A DNA stretch of 64,000 nucleotides from NCBI RefSeq assembly GCF_006345805.1, contig NC_043002.1:54932001-54996000 (forward strand), in the 5' to 3' direction. Shown in pieces: positions 63,816-64,000 of this stretch (positions within the stretch are counted from its first letter, which is position 1; every line of letters starts with the position of its first letter). The stretch comes from Octopus sinensis. Lineage: Eukaryota. A model generated the notes under the pieces. It was not told where the DNA came from. It made no database searches and worked only from the letters and a program-made list of their open reading frames with translations. Position numbers and translations under genes: made by a program.

Positions 63816-64000
63816 GAGCAAGAACACACAACCCCTCCCCCTCGAGTTTTTCTTTTTAACTGGTACCGCGATAAATGAGAAACAAATCCTTAGAATACTT
63901 TAGAATTGAATACTAAGTGATGCAAATTTGCATTAACCGAAAATCGAACCCCAATGTCCGTCTTCACTTACAAGCTCGAAGATGACATTACAAAGCCGGT

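Overview
Repeat-dense eukaryotic DNA, most likely intronic or intergenic. The SINE families and extreme (TA)n/(ATT)n/(CT)n load look like an octopod cephalopod genome; I recognise this from memory and cannot verify it here. No host protein-coding gene can be called with confidence, and the long Y/I/M/V/C-rich ORFs in the track are microsatellite artefacts. Supported content: (1) tRNA-headed SINE families, labelled A-F and H here; (2) decayed LINE pieces of four kinds (L2/CR1-superclade, RTE, R4/Dong-type in (TAA)n, Tx1/L1-like); (3) a full-length but frameshifted hAT (Charlie/SPIN-like) transposon; (4) hAT, Tc1/pogo and 8-bp-TSD MITEs, two non-autonomous Helitrons and a HINE/DINE-1-like element. 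The most unusual features are: at least eight long fold-back (inverted-duplication) structures from unrelated families; a complete minimal type I hammerhead ribozyme motif duplicated on both strands within one of them (293-335 and 390-432), with a second truncated core at 35046; a covarying 3' stem-loop shared by the L2/CR1-like LINE and several SINEs; and a tandem-plus-inverted repeat carrying a tRNA-like cloverleaf. Two weak candidate exon sets are flagged. SINE and LINE-fragment boundaries are approximate.
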